Source: Isurus oxyrinchus
Lineage: Eukaryota
Direction: 5' to 3'
Assembly: GCA_026770705.1 (NCBI GenBank)
Contig: JANJGN010000018.1
Coordinates: forward strand, 51,522,001 to 51,586,000
Length of the DNA stretch: 64,000 bases
Both the position numbers and the translations under genes were made by a program. The notes beneath the pieces were generated by a model. That model had not been told where the DNA came from. It was given only the letters and a program-made list of their open reading frames with translations, and did no database searches. Numbering within the stretch: the first letter of the stretch is position 1; every line of letters starts with the position of its first letter. This document shows positions 13,563 to 25,720 of the stretch, piece after piece.

Positions 13563-13678
13563 CTTTCTTTGTTGGTGTCTCCCCTTTTTGTACCAGTAGA
13601 AGCTGAATATAAATATAGCTATCAGAATTATTACCAGTACTAAAATAATCCAGACATGGAGCTGCGATTTTGTGTGTG
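13563..13678 (-). CDS. Transmembrane exon (AHTKSQLHVWIILVLVIILIAIFIFSFYWYKKG...)
   Basis: tttttgcag|CA acceptor (phase 1), ~21 hydrophobic residues then basic residues, AAG|gtaagg donor. Confidence 0.85.
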
Positions 13679-13728
13679 CTGCAAAAACACAAAAGGGAAA
13701 TATGAATACCTTTGGTGAAAGCTGGGAT

Positions 13729-14411
13729 GGACAGAATTTTATGGTTCCCCATTGGTGTGTTTGCAAGTGAGGGGTGGCGAGGGGCAATAAAATTTGATGG
13801 ATGCCCTCCCACCTGCCCCAACATGTCTGCAATTTCACATGGGTTGGTGGTAGGGGGAGAGGTGGACCTGGAGGTCAATTATTGGTCGCTTAAGGGCTGC
13901 TAAAAGCCCAGCAGCAATTTTGAGGCTGGTGGGAGCAGTTCAAGGATGGGAAGTCCGGCAGATCATCCTGCTTGGGTCTCAGGCAGGAAAGAGGGGGAGC
14001 CCCTTCTGCCCAAGTTCCCCCTTGGATACTCCCTCTCTGCCTGGCCTTGCCATCACAACCCCACCCACCTCTCCCCACCACCCCAGGGGCTCTCCTTCTG
14101 CCTCCGCCATGAGACCTTGCACCTACCTGGTCCTGTGGGCTCCAGCACATTGACTCTGGGGACTGGGTGTAGTTCCACCAGTGGCCATTGCTCCCCGTGG
14201 TACTGCTGGGGCTACAGAGCTTGTGACCAATTAGATTGATTGACAGATCTCTGAAATAGGACTTCTGCCTGAGTAAGGGGCAGATGTCCCATCTCCAGCC
14301 AATTAATGTCCCTCAAACCATTAAATGACTGTGGGGCTGCCCTGATCAGCATTCTCTGCTGATTCTTTCAGTGGCTGGATGGGAAACACTGCCATTCAAA
14401 AATTCCTGCCC
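13729..14411. mobile_element. Harbinger-type MITE
   Basis: GGACAGAATTTT...AAAATTCCTGCCC termini. Confidence 0.6.
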
Positions 14412-14899
14412 CTTGTGTTCTTTTTTCTTTTTGTAGTGTTGTTAATTATGAATTTGGATCAGATAGTCCTGGTTTTGTGTGAGTTGTTCAGAAATATTAA
14501 AAAAGTAAAGATAATGCCAGAAGTCTCTTTTTAAGGGAAATCAGTTATTCCTGTCCACCTATTTCTGCATTTTAAGGTTATTAAGTTTTTCAAAGAATTT
14601 TGTTTATTAGAAGACAAGCAAATATCAGAACTTTAATAAAAATCTAACTTGTCCCCAATTTAATCTTGTATCCAGTCGATTGTATGCAAAGATATAGGAG
14701 CCTGCATTAAGCAAATTTTTAAAATATTTTTAAAGCAAATTTTCTGCCAGGTCGAGAGGGATGCTCAGAATGGTGGACCATGAAATGTGCCAAAAGGTAT
14801 TTTGTGTTCCCTCATTTACATGAAATATAGATTAGAAAAGTACTGAGAGTTTAGAGGCCCTAGGGGAGATGGATTCAGAGCAAGAGGCTAAAAATGCAG

Positions 14900-15215
14900 A
14901 TGCAATTCCTTAACGAGTCATCTGCACTTCCTCTGAAGCAGATTTTTGTACCTTAATTTTTGTGCTAGGTTTGTTGGAGGACGAGCTGGAAATTTGCAAG
15001 TGCTTTGGGCGGTCAGCCTATTCTCATACAGAGCCTCAGAAGTTATGTTGATGGAGGCGATTCAAAGGAGAGCTGCCACTTTTGGACCCTCTCCACAAAA
15101 GGCATCTGTCAGGGCTGCATGGGAAGAGGTGGTGAATCAAGTCAATGCAATTTCTAATATTAATAGATCTTTTTTCTAGGTGAGGAAATAAGTTCAACAT
15201 CATAAGGAAGATTGT
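14900..15215 (+). mobile_element. Harbinger Myb/SANT ORF remnant
   Basis: AAWEEVVNQVNAIS..NRS trihelix motif. Confidence 0.5.
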
Positions 15216-15949
15216 TGCTTGAAGTATATGCTTTATGTTGTTTTTTGGCACACACAAATGCACCTTGGCCAGTTGCATACTCACATGGCACGCTTCATCT
15301 TTCCAGGCCCTTTCCAGTCTAACATTAACATAATGCCACCCATTTTCAGGCATGCCATTGCTTTCACATATCCCAGAAAAACTAAATCTATGATGGCAAT
15401 ATGATTGTTTGGCGTTGAAAGCCATTTAGTTATTTTAAACAAATGCAAAATATTGTGAATATTGGAAATCGGAAATGAAAATAGAAAATACTGAAAATAG
15501 TCAGCATGTCAGGCAACATATGTAGAGAGAGAAACAGAATTAACATTTCAGGTCAATGACCTTTCAACATAACTTGACCTTCAGTATAACCAACTCACTT
15601 TACTTTAGAGCTATCCTTGCCTTAGTTCCATTTTAGTAATTGCTTCATCCAAAGCTTTAATAAAGCACTTATCTTTTACTTCAAGTATCAAGGACTGCAA
15701 GCTTCAATGATTTTTAGATACCAACCACACTCCATCCTTCTTCATCTGCAATTTCTTTTGACCTCATTCCTCCTTCCAATCTTAACCTTTGTAGTGTTTT
15801 TACTATGCACTATGACCTTCCTGCCTGTGACCCCAAATGTTCACTCCTCAGCAAAGGCCTCAGCTTCATCCCCTTATTCTCCCACCTCAATGGCTCAACT
15901 CTCAAGCTCGACATGATGCTGAGATCTTCTTCCAATGCCTTTGCAAGTT

Positions 15950-16908
15950 TATAAGATTATTATATTTTGGACTGTAGCTTAAATTTAGCATAAATGAAGG
16001 GATCATGTGACCTTTACTGAAGTCTGCCTGATAGTAAGCTTGGGTGGTTTGATTGTTAGAGTTTGATGAAAGGCTTAGACTATTTTACTGAGAAGAAGGT
16101 GCAAGGTATTTATACTTGGAGAAAATGGCAGCAGTTCCTGAATTTACCAAGGGCTGACCCAGAGTCTCCCAAAGTCCCAGAAAAGTGTTGTAGGTATCAG
16201 GTTGAAAAGTTAAGTTGCAGATTATCCATATACTTCTAAGATGACAGCGAGCTGGGATCAAGGATAGCTAATTAGCATTTTTACCTAGATACAAGGTTAA
16301 TGTGTTTCACTTTGCCATGTGGAAGAGGACAAGGAAGCCATTTTTGAGGTCAAGTTACAGGGCTCCCTACAACTCAATGAATATCTCAGATAGACAGCAG
16401 TTCTGTGTGGTCAGCAGAGAGAAGAGGCTGCTTGACCTTGTGAGCTACTACAGCCAGATGTGCAGGGAAGATGGTCTCTAGTCAAAAAGATGCATCCTGA
16501 AGCCTTCCACAGATTCTGGGAGATTTGTTCTAGCATGGCCAGGGGGTAGAAAAATCATCACAATGGGCTTTACTGCTGCTAGTGGCACCTGCAGATGGTC
16601 ATTTCAAATTACTACTGGGCGAAGCAGGGATTCGGGAACCCATTGGAATGAGCTATGGACTATTTGCTACAAGGACTAATTCTGTGAGGAGTGTAACGTG
16701 TGATAATATAAGAGGAGTATATTCCTCTCTGTAACTTAAAGTATAAGTTGCCTACAGAAGGAATAGGGTGTTTAGTCGATGGTACTTTTAGTTATTTATT
16801 ACAGTAAAAGTTTTAAAATGTGCAATGTTGTCAAGTCATTCTTTCAGCTATCAACTGGAAGTTTCAATTTCTCATTAAAAGTTATTGATCTCAATGGAGA
16901 TTGTAACA
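15950..16908 (+). mobile_element. Probable solo LTR
   Basis: Ends ...TTGTAACA with LTR-like composition. 5' end and TSD not resolved. Confidence 0.3.
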
Positions 16909-17103
16909 GCGCTCATATCTTTAACAAGAAGTCCTCACCTGCAAAGTAGACAATAGAGTTCTGATGAAAGGTTAACAATGTGAAATATAAATGCTGTTCT
17001 CTCCCTAGCATTTTTGGTTTTCATATAACTCATTGATATTGATAATGAAGTTCATTTTCTTGCCTTCAAGCTTTATTTATATTCTCATTTGTATCAATCT
17101 TAC

Positions 17104-17439
17104 CCTGCACTGTGAGGCAGGTCTTCCCAATGTCTTTGCTATTTCTGAATGTATAAAAGACACACTGATAACATCCTTCATCTTCAAGCTTCACTCCAGA
17201 CAGTACAATAGTGGACACTTGTACCTTTGATGATATGGAAGTAGCTCTACCAATAAAGGACCCAGAAAAATTCGCTTCAAGTTTTCCACTGAATGTCGCA
17301 ATATTGTCCTCAGATTGACCATTCAACTTTTGCCACGTGACCTGTAGAATATCTTCTAAATGTGAAGTACAGCTGAAGGTAACATTTCCACCTAAAACTG
17401 CTGTCATATTCTCCTGCGTCTCCACATTTATATCCTTTA
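17104..17439 (-). CDS. Ig V-set domain exon 2 (tandem duplicate) of CD200-like gene
   Basis: tttgacag|TA acceptor, CAG G|gtaag donor, 336 nt, phase 1/1. Highly similar to 19984-20319. Confidence 0.92.
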
Positions 17440-17554
17440 CTGTCAAATGGAAAATGAATACAGTAAAACATCAATTGTTTCACAAACATTTTCTGTAAAG
17501 TATTTATCTCTGAAGTACTCAGGGGTTTACAAACTACAGAGGACTTTGAATGCC

Positions 17555-17860
17555 AATGTGGCTTTGATAGTACTTTTATCTCTGAGTCACAGAGTTGTTG
17601 GCTCAAGTTGCACTTCAGAAATTGGCTGCAAACTCAATATACTCTGACACTTGCAGTGCAGTATTGAGAGAGTACTGCACTATTGGAGGTGCCATCCTAC
17701 GGCTGAGATGTTGAACATAGGCCCCATCAGCCCTCTCAGGAGAATGTAAGATATATCATATTTGATCAAGAGTGGGAGAGTTTCCCCCAGTGTTTGGTCA
17801 ATATTAATACCTCAGTGAACATTAATAAAATAGATAATTTGGTCATTAATTGGTTGGCGC
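17555..17860 (+). mobile_element. SacSINE1/DeuSINE copy (duplicated with the V exon)
   Basis: tRNA-like head and Deu-like core (ggaggtgccatcc..ggctgagatgttgaac). Same position relative to exon V2 as the 20444 copy is to V1. Confidence 0.7.
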
Positions 17861-18416
17861 TGGGCCCTCAATTTTCTCTGGTCCACAGCAGCCACACCAA
17901 AGGGTTTTAAAGTGTCTGTTCAATGCTGTTACCAAGGATAGCTTTTTACTTTCCTGAATATGAAGTCAGGAGGGGTGGGAGTACTGATCTTCATCTTCGG
18001 TCTGGCCATTGTCCTACCCATTGTGATGTGACTGCCGGCCCACCAGTCACATCCTGATCACACGAGGACCAATTATACCTGATTCTCTTCTTCAGCTATG
18101 GCATGATAGGTTATGTTTGTTGCAGAGTTTGCTGGGCAAGAATCAATTGGTAGGCTGTGTGTTTGAAATACTATCCACTCCATATTTCAGTTTGCATTTG
18201 GTCCCTGGTTGCTGTTTTATAATTCATCCCTAGTATTCTTGCACTTTAAACTGCAACATCTTAATTTTTAGAAGGTTGTTTGTACTATTTTTTCCCAGTT
18301 CTAGTAGCAAAAATGGAAGAGATGGACTGGATGAAAATTAGATGGGAAGTACAATCGTTTTTTTTTCTTTCTTGTGCTGCTCACCATTTCCTGCCCAAAG
18401 TTTGAGGGGTAATATT

Positions 18417-19234
18417 GGGCAGAATCTTCTTGAAATGTCAGGGGTTTTGCCTGCCAGCTGGATAGCCAGTGAGAGGCCTGCACAGCCTCTCTTCAGAAGG
18501 CTGACTGAACCACACGTGAATCAAGCAGTAGCAAGGCCAATGGGGAGCCTTCTCCAGAATCAAGACTCTGGGGGGCGGAAGTCTCACCTACAAAGAGCTG
18601 CCAGTCAATCAGAGGCTGGCAGCTCTTGTGCTTAGCAGCGCCACTTGGTAGTAGGTGGTGGCGGCTGCTGCAAGGATAGGCACCAAAGACCCAGGGTTGA
18701 GGAGTGACCCAAACCACAGGAAAATAATTGGAGGGGGGGTGCAGGGGGAGGGGGGGCAGTGGTGGAAGGAGGGGGGAAGGGTGCAGAAAGGGGGGAAGGG
18801 GGGATAGAGGGTGGTGTTTCGCAGGGTGGAGGTTGTGGGGAGAAAGGTTGGCAGCAGCAAGGGTTTGGCTTTGAGTGGGCCTCTCCTTCTCAATGACCAG
18901 TTCTGGCAATGCCTTTGATTGAGAGAACACCTTTCTCCACCCCAGGAGATAACAAGCTGGCCATGTGGTTATAGCTGCTGTGCACTCTGCATGGTGACAG
19001 GCCTACCTACCTCTGGGTTAATACCAGCGGCAGTGGAATGAGGCCCTTAAGTGGTCATTCACTGGTAACCTAAGGGCCTTAATTGACAGTTGAACAGGAA
19101 GGCCTTCTCATCCAGAACTTCATTCTGGCAGAGGTGGGAAGGTGGCAGAGCTCAGGTATGTCACCAACCCAACTAATTGAATGCACTTTCCACCTGCATG
19201 CTTGTCACCAGAGAGAGAGCAGAAGATTCTGCCT
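18417..19234. mobile_element. Harbinger-type MITE with a G-rich tract
   Basis: TIR GGGCAGAATCTT/AAGATTCTGCCT, TSD ATT. Confidence 0.75.
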
Positions 19235-19983
19235 ATTGGCGCTACACTTTGGAAATTTAGCTGCTGTTTGTTAATTTTGTTAGTGAGCTATGACAGAAAT
19301 ATATGACAGTATTCTATTGCTTTTAAAAATCAGTTTTAAACATGCTCTGCTATGCCCTCTGGGACATAACTCAGCAACAGCCCACCTGTGGTCTGCTTAA
19401 ACTGATGAGCAGTAAAGTGTCAAAAACCTTTGATTCAATACTCAGCTGTATACTTTACTCCATGGCAAAACAGACATCTCAAATTCCAATCAATGAATCT
19501 TTACAATTAAGTTGGAACCAAAAAATTCACTTAAGTGCAATTTTCAATACAAATAGACAATGTACAGAACCTTCCAAGGTGTAAAATATAGTTTAAATGT
19601 TGTGCTTTAAAGTAATGCAAGGTAAAGATAAGATAGGTTATTTATCTCAAATAGGAAGCACAGATTTCACAAGTATCTTGCAAGATTCCTCTGTCAACAT
19701 GAAATAGTGGATTTGTGGGACAGACTCCCAGAGAAGCTATTAATTCAAAGCCAAAGATACAGTTAAAAGAAACTGGGTCAAATAGCCATTGAGGAAGAGT
19801 TGTAGAGGTAGTAATAAATCTGTTTAATTCATTTGAGAATTTGAAAGAAAGTACAGGGATCTTGGGTAAGAAACTCACGATTAAAGTAGCCATATATGGA
19901 CAATGGAAGGAGATGGACTGATGAGATGAACAGCCGTTTTTGGTTTCAAACTTTTTTTATATTCTTATTTGTATCATTCTTAC

Positions 19984-20319
19984 CATCTACAGTGAGGCAG
20001 GTCTTCCCAATGTTTTGGCCATTTATAAATGTATGGAAGATACACTGATAACATCCTTCATCTTCAAGCTTTACTCCAAACAGTACAATAGTGGACACTT
20101 GCATCTTTGATGGCATGAAATCAGCTCTACCACTAAATGACCCAAGTATATTGGGCCCATATTTTTCACTAAATGTAGCGATATTGTCCTCAGATTGACC
20201 ATTTAACTTTTGCCACGTGACCTGTAGAATTTCTTCTAAATGTGAAATACAGCTGAAGGTAACATTTCCACCTAATACTGCTGTCATATTCTCCTGCGTC
20301 TCCACATTCAGAAGTTTTC
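19984..20319 (-). CDS. Ig V-set domain exon 1 of CD200-like gene
   Basis: tttcacag|GA acceptor, GAT G|gtaag donor, 336 nt, phase 1/1. B-strand Cys (TFSC), C-strand Trp (VTWQK), DEGCYQC and the extra G-strand Cys (KTCLTV) typical of CD200. Confidence 0.92.
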
Positions 20320-20443
20320 CTGTGAAATAGAAAAATATAGTAAAACACATCACTTGTTCCACAAACATCATCTGTGATGTATTCGGCTCTAAGGTGTTCA
20401 GAGATATTCATAAGGTATAAGGTATTACAGTGGACTATTCTGT

Positions 20444-20810
20444 CAGCCGTGGCTCAGTGGTAGCACTCTCACATCTGAGTCAGAAAGTTCTGGGTTCAAG
20501 TCGCACTCCAGAGACTTGACTGCAAAATCTAGATTGACACTGCCAGTGCGGACCTTTGGAAGTGCTGTCTTTCAGATGAGAAACTAAACATCTGTCAGGT
20601 GAATGTAAGGAATACCACAAAGAGCAGGGAAGTTATCCCCAGTGCCCTGGACAATATTGATCCCTTAAACAATATCGTTAAAGCAGATTATCTAGCCATT
20701 ATCACATTAGTGTTTGTGAGACCTTTCTGTGCACAATTTGGCAGCTGCATTTCCTACTTATATTCAAATGCATTTTTAACTGGCTGTAAAGCACTTTGAG
20801 AAATTCTGAA
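20444..20810 (+). mobile_element. SacSINE1/DeuSINE-type tRNA-derived SINE
   Basis: A-box TGGCTCAGTGG, B-box GGTTCAAGTC, Deu-like core and 3' tail (ggctgtaaagcactttg). Confidence 0.8.
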
Positions 20811-22706
20811 ATACTGAATCAACTGATGCTAATGATAACATTATTACATTATATTCAACTCACAAGGAATTAAATCTAAACAATCTCTACTTCTTGAAAC
20901 ATGATTTGATTCAGAAGAATCAGCTGGAGAACTTTTGCTTCGTGTACACTTATTCAGCTTGACAAAATTGGGAGCAGTGGTTATTTCATTGTCAATCATA
21001 ACTGATATGTCGGAAATCGTTTAATTCAAGTGAGCACACCTTAAGTTCTTATCTGAACAGCTGTGTAAGAGCCACATAGAAGATTTCTGATTCATGGTAG
21101 CAGCCTTGATTGTCAATCTGGGCAATTCCCAACCACAAGCAGCATGAGGTCCCTGCCTAATTGGGACTCAGGGGCTGGGATTATCCTTCCAGCACCAGTA
21201 TTTTAGCGGAACAGGACTTCCGCTTGACCCGGTTTCGCAGTCTGGGGTTCAAGCCATATGCACAGCATGCTTCTGGCAGGATTCTCCCCACTAATAGGGA
21301 GCCTGCCATTGAAATTCCAGCAGTTATGTAGAAGAAGAGGTAGCCGGGCAGTTACTGGACCAGAAATGCCTTGAAGGTGGGAAGATATGTAACAAGGGCT
21401 GGAATAAAGTTGTTAATATTTGGATGTATTGCCACTTCCTTTTCTCAAATACTTTTAGAACTAATAAATTAACGTGCTTGAGGAAAATAATTTTCCTTTC
21501 AACATTGTTATGATTTTTTTCCCCTGGATTTCTCTCAGCAACATTGTGGGGATTAATCTTTAATTCCTGGAGACTCCAGGTCAACCCTGGATGGTTGGCA
21601 GCTGCAGACTGGAATGGAGGCATTCTGGAGGGTGGTGCAACGACCTCCCATTGCAGCAGGTAACTGGCGTTTTCTCAGCAATTTGTCCAACTCTTCACGC
21701 AGACTCTATTCCTGCAATTCTAGATGACTACTCATTCTTTCTTCCCTCTGTTCTTTCAGACACCACACCTTATCTGTCAGGACTTCTCTCCCACAATTTC
21801 TTCATCATATTATTTTCATGGTCATGTCATACTTGAAACATAATTACTGCACTTACCTGTGTTTACACATATTCAGAGGCATGTGTTTGCACATCATGAA
21901 AGAATGAACCAAATATTAAAGCAACAGTCCTGACTAAATTGAACAAACCAGCAATTTTGTGTATATTTTTGTGCAAAGACTATGTGCAACATGGTGACTT
22001 TGAAGTGAAACTCCCCTGAAACACAAGATAGAAAATTATTGGGATTTATCATCAACTATAATAATACAAAAAGTCAGCTCCATATATTGATCGAGTTTTG
22101 TTTAAAAAATAGCCCATTAGTTAAATGCAAATTCTAAGACATTTTTGATATTTTGTGTATTTCTGTTATGCATTAAGACATTTTTAATATGTCTTGTATT
22201 TCTGTTTGTGAATAAAATGTTACCGGTTGTGGTGTGGACCAGCATGCAGAGCTTAACACCGGATGGGGGGAATATGGAGTGCGGAGGACATTGGGACAAA
22301 GGGAGAGGAATTCTGACCAAAGACATCACTGCTGAGGCTCATATTGAACTTTTTAAAAATAAAGACAGTTTCAGCTAAACAGACAGATGCACACAGACAT
22401 GTCAGCACTTGTCACTGGGGTGGTGGCTCACCGCCAGGCACCCTGCCTACAACAGATCTCAAATGTTGCAAGAATGGAGAATGCAAAGGAAGCTTTAAGT
22501 TTTAATGTGTTATTTGGCACTTTGAGTTCACATTTCTAGGTTGTGTGGAAATGTGGAAGTGTGGATGTGATTGCTAAGTGTGTCTTGTCAATCACCAATG
22601 TGTCAGCAGAGATTGCTGTTTGAGGTTTTAACAATCTGTAAAGACAAAGCACTAATTGCCCTGTTCTTTTATATGGAAGCAGGATTCCTTTTGTTTTAGA
22701 CTAAAT

Positions 22707-23288
22707 GGGCAGAATTTTTCCGTCGGCGAGCTGACGCAGGATGACATCGGGCGGAACCCCTGACATCATCCCGCCCCATTTAAATATTCAGGAAGGCAGA
22801 CGGACAGCGCGATCAGCTGTCCACCCACCGACCTGTCAATGGCCAACTGAGGCCATTGACAAGATCATTAAGCCAATTAAAGGACCTGCCCGTCCAACCT
22901 TAAGGTTGGCGGGCAGGCCAGGAGCGTGGGCTTCTGAAAAAAACATGAAACCTCATCCACTGGCGGGATGAGGTTTCATGTCTGTTTTAAAAAAGTTTAG
23001 TAAAGTTTTTGTGATATTTATTAACATGTCCCATCTTGTGTGACATTGTCACAGCACTTAGTCTCAGGGAGATGTGTGCTCTTTCGTGCGCACTCTGACA
23101 GTTGGGGAAGCCCTCCCCCTCTACACAGGAAGCGCATAGCGCTTTCCGTTGGGTGGCCCACTGGGCGGGCCTTAAGTGGACCGCCCACTTAAAATGGTGA
23201 CAGGGCCCGTTTTGGTGGCGGCGATCGGCTGCCCGCCCACTGCCAAGCCGGTGGGGCCTGCTTGCCCATCAAGGACAAAATTCTGCCC
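22707..23288. mobile_element. Harbinger-type MITE
   Basis: Perfect TIR GGGCAGAATTTT/AAAATTCTGCCC, TSD AAT. Confidence 0.85.
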
Positions 23289-23432
23289 AATATGTTAAGT
23301 TTTTTTTTAGCAATTAACTTTGTTTTGAGATTTTAATTTCGGGAGTTTAAGACAAGACACGTATCTGGCTTTATTTGAAACACATGCTATTTTTCTCTGC
23401 TTGTGTGTGGAATAAATGTAATTTGTTTCCTT

Positions 23433-24120
23433 GGCTAGAATGTTGCACTTGGCGGGTAGGCTCGGTGGGGGCAGTCGGGAAGCTGACCGCCACCTGTGAT
23501 CGGCATCGCACCGCGATTTCACGCTGGTGGGCCAATTAAGGCCCGCCCAGCATGAAATGTGAGTGGCAGTGCTCAGCGTGCCTGTGTTGGAGGTGGACAG
23601 GGGTGTTGGGGTGGGTGGGGGGGGTAGAGGGCAAGTATGAACTTGTGCATGCGTGCGAAATTGCGCTGCATAATCTCCCTGAGGCATTGAAGCTGCCTCA
23701 GGGAGATGAAGAAATATATTTTAAAAATAGCAAAAATTAAAATGTTATAAAACATGTCCCCTCATGTGACCTGTCACATGAGCAGGGACATGTTATTAAT
23801 GAAAAAATAAAAGTTATTATTTTATTTTTATTTGCTTTTTGAAACTTCATCCTACCTGTGGATGAGGTTTCCAAAAAAATGCAAAGGCCACTTGGCCTTT
23901 TCGTCTGCCTGCCAACCATTAGGTTTGACGGGCAGTGAAAAATTTGCATTCATTGATTACTTAATGGCCTTAACAGGCCTTTAACTGTTGGCAGGCATGC
24001 TGCCGGCTCTGGCGTGAACCCGCTGACTGAACTATTGCATGACTGCGTGTTGACATCGGCATGCTTGGCCAACATCAATGCGTGTCATTTCATGCTCGAG
24101 TGAAGCGAAAAACTCTGCCC
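23433..24120. mobile_element. Harbinger-type MITE
   Basis: Degenerate TIRs, TSD CTT, homologous to 503-1106 in the opposite orientation. Confidence 0.75.
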
Positions 24121-24491
24121 CTTGTGTGAATGATGTTTGTGTGCTTCAACCTTTGATGACTGTAATGATGATGTACTGGACAGGTTTCTACTTGAAACAG
24201 AAAACTTTATTACAGAGAACTCTTTCAGAAGCTACAGGATCCATGACTAGAAAACCACAACCCTCGCCACCCAGATTACCAGTGCCTCGGGCTCATTCGT
24301 CAAGAACGAACACTTAACTCCTAATAGGCAGTAGGAAAAGCTATACCTTCAATTACTACAGCGATTCTATTCCCCAAATTATGGTAGTAGTTTCAGTTTC
24401 AAGTTTGAAAGCTAACAAAAGGGAAGAGTAATTAATAAAGTAAATTTATCAAGTTATGAACCTGGAGTCATGATTAATGGTTAGAATCATG

Positions 24492-24964
24492 GGGCAGAAT
24501 TTTGCCCTTAGTGGCATGCGGGTGGACAGCTGACCCCCGCCGTTGAAACAGAGCACACTGCTCCCTGAGACGAAGTGCTGTCTCAAGGAGATCAGTGACA
24601 GTCTGAAAAACTTAAAAAATAGAAAAATAAAAATATTATTAACATTTCCCCCTCAAATGACAATGTTACACGAGATGGGACATGTTAATAAAAATGACAT
24701 AAACTTGATTAAACTTTTTAAAAATGGACATGAAACTTCATCCTGCTGGGGCTCCTGGCCTGCCCGCCAGCCTTAAGCTGGGACGGGCAGGTCTTTAACA
24801 ATCTCAGTTAGCCTGGCAGACGGCTGATTTCGCTGTCCGCCCACCTTCCTAAAAATTTAAAGGGACCGGGATGACGTCGGGAGGAACCCCCGACGTCATC
24901 CTGTGTAATTTTCCAGTCGGCGAGTGGGCCCCGCCCCCAAATCGCCGACGGGAAAATTCTGACC
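24492..24964. mobile_element. Harbinger-type MITE
   Basis: GGGCAGAATTTT/AAAATTCTGACC, TSD ATG. Confidence 0.8.
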
Positions 24965-25499
24965 ATGATTCCAGGTTATTTTGATAAGTGCGCAAATTCT
25001 AATCTGGATATGAAATTACACATGTAAAAATGGAGTAGTTTTTAAATGTTTGATAGGGCAAATTGGAATCAGGATTAGAAACCTTTTACCAACATTAAAA
25101 GGTTCTTTTTTGCTGCAGGAGCCATTGGAGTTCTTCCTCTAAAATAAATCGGGAAAGGAATACGTAAAAATTTAAAATACCTTTCTTTGTCCAGAAGGAA
25201 ACAGCTTGAACTGGTTTGTGTTCGTGGGATGCATTTATTTCCTGTTTTTAAAAATACACTTGGGAGGAAAAAAGAAGAGCTTGGAATTTTGAAACAATTG
25301 GAAGAGTGATTTAAAATATTGAGCAGAACATCCTGAAATCTGAAGGAGTTGTAGGAAAAAGTATATCACAAGAGATCGAAACCAAAAAAAGTCTAAAGGG
25401 AGAGATTCAGGTAATTTTCTTTGTTTAGAATAAAAACCCAGTTCAAACTCTAGCCACAGAGTATGGCAATGTTTTTGTTCTCTTTTTAAGAAGAGGGGG

Positions 25500-25720
25500 T
25501 TGATGAAAACAGCGCTAGTCCATATGAGGGCTTTTTTCCTGCCCTCTTTCAAACCAGCAGGAATGGTGCAGAGGTGACCAGGTGATAGTTTAAAACTGTG
25601 AAGGTATGTGTGTTTGAATGCCTTTACAAAGGACTCTATAGCACAGTGGACATGGCTAGCCCTATGGTGTACAGTTGCCCAAGTAGGCAAAATAGTTCCA
25701 CGTTAACCAGATTAAGTTAG
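25500..25720 (+). pseudogene. Integrase C-terminal (GPY/F) remnant
   Basis: Frameshifted translation GDQVIV..FECLYKGLYSTVDMASPMVY..K*FHVNQIKL. Confidence 0.6.

Noticed and set aside
13579-13592. Programmed -1 ribosomal frameshift at A_AAG_GGG
   Set aside because: Fits X_XXY_YYZ only with Y=G, which is atypical, and no stimulatory structure was identified. An indel or splice explanation is simpler.
20444-20520. tRNA-like sequence (also at 29446)
   Set aside because: SINE head continuing into a SINE body, not a complete tRNA gene.
21857-22015. Selenocysteine read-through of the two in-frame TGAs
   Set aside because: No SECIS evidence, the predicted 3' UTR is very short, and the peptide has no recognisable fold.
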